Assembly: GCA_043228905.1 (NCBI GenBank)
Contig: JBHGNT010000018.1
Coordinates: 1,674,001-1,738,000, forward strand
Direction: 5' to 3'
Origin: Azolla caroliniana
Lineage: Eukaryota; Plantae; Polypodiophyta
DNA: 64,000 nt
Shown here: positions 60,889 through 64,000 of the stretch, piece after piece
Numbering within the stretch: the first letter of the stretch is position 1
Layout of the letters: the number at the start of each line of letters is the position of its first letter
Made by a program: the position numbers and the translations under genes
Notes under the pieces: model-generated
Seen by the model: the letters and a program-made list of their open reading frames with translations, nothing else
The model's database searches: none
What the model was told of the DNA's origin: nothing

Positions 60889-61390
60889 TCCATCAATCTC
60901 CATCTATCAGAAGTGCATTTGAATCTTACATCGGAAGTCCAACCTGGCCCTTTAAATCTCCACATCATATAGGATCAATGGGGTGGCCACGAGAGTCAAA
61001 TAGCCACAATTTATCTAGTACATGGCTCTGGTAAGAGATGTTTAAGCACATCTTCTCCATCAATCTCCATCTATCAGAAGTGCATTTGAATCTTACATCG
61101 GAAGTCCAACCTGGCCCTTTAAATCTCCACATCATATAGGATCAATGGGGTGGCCATGAGAGTCAAATAGCCACAATTTATCTAGTACATGGCTCTGGTA
61201 AGAGATGTTTAAGCACATCTTCTCCATCAATCTCCATCTATCAGAAGTGCATTTGAATCTTACATCGGAAGTCCAACTTGGCCCTTTAAATCTCCACATC
61301 ATATAGGATCAATGGTGGCCACGAGAGTCAAATAGCCACAATTTATCTAGTACATGGCTCTGGTAAGAGATGTTTAAGCACATCTTCTCC
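60889..61390. repeat. Three near-identical tandem copies of a 167-bp unit
   Basis: TCCATCAATCTCCATCTATCAGAAG...GATGTTTAAGCACATCTTC starts at 60889, 61056 and 61223; the third copy has a 2-bp deletion. Confidence 0.97.
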
Positions 61391-61794
61391 GGCTCTCTAG
61401 AAGCTCCATATCCTCTACTAGTACTCAGTCTGGCTTCTGGAGTTCCTCATTTCAAAGACATGTCTTACTAACACTGCTCCAAGATATTTATGGAAAATCC
61501 ACGTACTCTTTTCTATTTTATTCATATGTGAAGATAAGTCTTGTAGTCGGTCTATAGACTGGGTCATCAGGATTCAGTAGTGTCAAAAGCTTTATGAGAA
61601 TCCAAGAATAAGGATTTAATTCCTCCATGTAACAATGTCAAGATATGATACAATAAATGATACTTTACAATGTTGATTAGAGTCTCAAATTGAGGAGACA
61701 TCCTTTTCAACAGAACTTACTGCCAGCTGGTGTATAATTTAAGGCTCACTCACACTTTCCCTCTGTTTCATTTAGTATGTAGAAAGAGTTTTAA

Positions 61795-63999
61795 TCACCA
61801 ATGCCCACCACAAGAACATTTTCCTTGTTTGAATTCATGAAAGCAGCTTATATCTTTACAAATAATATTTCGTGCTTCCATCTTTGATATAAATGCGATG
61901 CTCATATGACAGTCACCACAAACACGGAGATTTTTCATGATACGGATTGGTGTTCCATCAGAAGTATTGAGAAGGCCAAAAATAGCAGCTAACTTCTCAG
62001 TGTGTCTACAGGATACACCATCATCAGTGGAGTGGAATCGGACAATGTCAGGCCTTTCTTTTTCCATTTTCATGTGAATTTCTTGGAGTTTTCTGTAGAT
62101 TGCTTTGTTTTGGACATGATTTATGCCAGTCATTGGGGTTGTGAAACTATAAACAATACCACCAATCTCTATCCAGCTTTGTCCCTGTTCTTTCAATGTT
62201 TTATGCATCATGGCCTCAATTTGGTTTGCTTCATCATACATGTGAGCATCGACATAAATGTTGAACATCAGAATAAATGCTGGGCCATGTTGCTTATCCA
62301 ATTTGACCACACTATCAAAAGCATGTCTTCCGAGCTTCACATCACGCCATTTCCTACACGCTGCTAATACACTGCTCCATGCAACAATTGTAGGTTGATA
62401 TGGCATTTTATTCATCATTGATATAGCTTCCTTCAGTTGACCAGCTCGACCCAAGATATCCACCATACAATTGTAATGTTCAATAGTTGGAGAAATGTCA
62501 TAGTCTTTGCTCATCATCTCGAAGTAGTTCCGAGCTTTATTTACAAGACCGACATGACTACAGACAGAGAGAAGACTCAAGAATGTGATTCCATCTGGAA
62601 CTGACCCATCATTTTTCATTTCATCAAAAATAATAAAAACAGCTTCACTATGCCCTTGTCGGGAGTATCCGGTAATTAATGCGTTCCATGTAACAAGGCT
62701 ACATACTGGCATTTCATCGAACACTTTTTGAGCACTAAATACATTTCCACATTTACCATACATATCGATCAATGCATTTCCAAGTCGCATCTGATTAGAA
62801 TCAGCCCCTATTTTGTGAGCATGTTCATTGGATTCCCCTACAAATTCAACATACAAATCCCCCTTCTTAGTGACTTCTAAATGTATTTCTTGGCCTCGTT
62901 TGATGTCTCCAACGTTGGTACAAGCTTTCAAGCAACAAGCAGATGTAACAGGGTTCGGAGTGATACCTTCTGCTTGCATCTGATCTAAACAATTTAGTGC
63001 TTCTCTATTTTTTCCATGGTCTGTATACCCTGCTATTAGTGCAGTCCATGAGACTACAGTTCGAACTGATAGTTCATTAAATACATGCTGAGCTTCAGCA
63101 AGTAAACCACATTTGGTATACACATCCACAAGAGTATTTCCAATGAAGTTAGCATTTTCTAACCCCTTCATTACAATGATATCATGCATTTCTTGACTTT
63201 GGACTAACGATCCGATAATTCCACAAGCTTTTAAGCAACAGTTTAATGTAGAGGCATCTGGAGAAATACCTTCGAGGCGCATCTTTGCAAACTGATCAAG
63301 TGCATCATCACCAAATCCATGTTCAGTATAACCAGCGAGAAGTGCATTCCAAGAGATGATATTCCGAATTGGCAACTGCTGAAATACCTGTTGTGCTTCA
63401 TGAAGAGCACCACATTTTGCATACATATCTATTAAACTATTCCCAAGAGAAGTATCTCTTCTGAAGATTTCTACGGGTATGTCAGATTGTATTGCACGAC
63501 CTCTCTCTATATCTCCGATACTACTACATGCTTTTAAAGAGCAAAGAAAGGTGGCAACGTTTGGGGATATGCCCTCTTTTTTCATCTCTTCGAAACAAAT
63601 TAGAGCTTCTTCACTGAAACCATTATCAATATATCCAGCAATTAATGCTGTCCAAGAGACCACGTCTCGAGATGGCAACTTGTCTAGGGTTCTACGAGCT
63701 TCAGAAGGTAAGCCACACTTTATATACATATCCACCAGTGCATTGCCAATGAAACGCTCTCTCTCGAGTCCTTGTTTCACCACCATATCGTGCACATCTC
63801 GACCTTTTTCTACATACTCTTTACTGCTGAAAACTTTCATCATACACAGTAATGTCACATTATCGGCCATCATGCCCTCGGTTTTCATTTTCTCTAAAGA
63901 TTCCAATGCATCCTTGGTAAGACCTTGTTCAATATATCCTCTAATCAATGCATTCCAAGAGACTACATCTCGATCATGGAGCTTATTGAAAACTTCTAC
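61795..63999 (-). CDS. PLS-class PPR protein with E1-E2-DYW-type deaminase domain (ends GHW); 5' part lies beyond the window
   Basis: The frame is open to the window edge (VEVFNKLHDRDVVSWNALIRGY..). P-L-S triplets, E1 PTIVAWSSVLAAC, E2, PG-box-like KEQGQSWIEI, HTEKLA, KNLRVCGDCH and FHEFKQGKCSCGGHW*. Confidence 0.95.
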   Translation of the reverse strand, partial: VEVFNKLHDRDVVSWNALIRGYIEQGLTKDALESLEKMKTEGMMADNVTLLCMMKVFSSKEYVEKGRDVHDMVVKQGLERERFIGNALVDMYIKCGLPSEARRTLDKLPSRDVVSWTALIAGYIDNGFSEEALICFEEMKKEGISPNVATFLCSLKACSSIGDIERGRAIQSDIPVEIFRRDTSLGNSLIDMYAKCGALHEAQQVFQQLPIRNIISWNALLAGYTEHGFGDDALDQFAKMRLEGISPDASTLNCCLKACGIIGSLVQSQEMHDIIVMKGLENANFIGNTLVDVYTKCGLLAEAQHVFNELSVRTVVSWTALIAGYTDHGKNREALNCLDQMQAEGITPNPVTSACCLKACTNVGDIKRGQEIHLEVTKKGDLYVEFVGESNEHAHKIGADSNQMRLGNALIDMYGKCGNVFSAQKVFDEMPVCSLVTWNALITGYSRQGHSEAVFIIFDEMKNDGSVPDGITFLSLLSVCSHVGLVNKARNYFEMMSKDYDISPTIEHYNCMVDILGRAGQLKEAISMMNKMPYQPTIVAWSSVLAACRKWRDVKLGRHAFDSVVKLDKQHGPAFILMFNIYVDAHMYDEANQIEAMMHKTLKEQGQSWIEIGGIVYSFTTPMTGINHVQNKAIYRKLQEIHMKMEKERPDIVRFHSTDDGVSCRHTEKLAAIFGLLNTSDGTPIRIMKNLRVCGDCHMSIAFISKMEARNIICKDISCFHEFKQGKCSCGGHW

Positions 64000-64000
64000 A

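Noticed and set aside
60889-61390. 167-bp array as coding repeat or CRISPR
   Set aside because: The unit length is not a multiple of 3, it contains stops, and there are no spacers.
61795-62193. DYW:KP (U-to-C) class assignment
   Set aside because: Lacks KPAxAxIE, HAE and GRP/DRH-type endings, and retains the SWIE motif of the PG type.

Overview
Eukaryotic land-plant nuclear DNA. The long intronless PLS-class PPR genes and (GA)n-rich promoters suggest a non-seed vascular plant such as a fern; this is inference only. I can support seven protein-coding genes: (1) an intronless bacterial-type UPF0060/YnfA small membrane transporter (-, 5707-6054); (2) a 980-aa PLS-E PPR protein without a DYW domain (+); (3) a 13-exon soluble UDP-glucuronate decarboxylase/UXS (-); (4) a C-terminal J-domain protein whose J domain is split by a 9.4-kb transposon-filled intron (-); (5) a 13-exon cellulose synthase CesA with a short N-terminus (-); (6) a 9-exon DCN1-like neddylation factor (+); (7) a PPR-DYW RNA-editing factor with a divergent deaminase domain, running off the window end (-). 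The window also holds a full-length but frameshifted Ty1/copia element (both LTRs, PBS, PPT, TATAG TSD) nested in a Ty3/gypsy chromovirus relic, several LINE and copia relics, tandem repeats and a 100-N assembly gap. The most notable item is the YnfA gene embedded in plant DNA with plant-type upstream motifs. Exon coordinates were read by hand from GT-AG sites and reading-frame continuity; no database searches were run.
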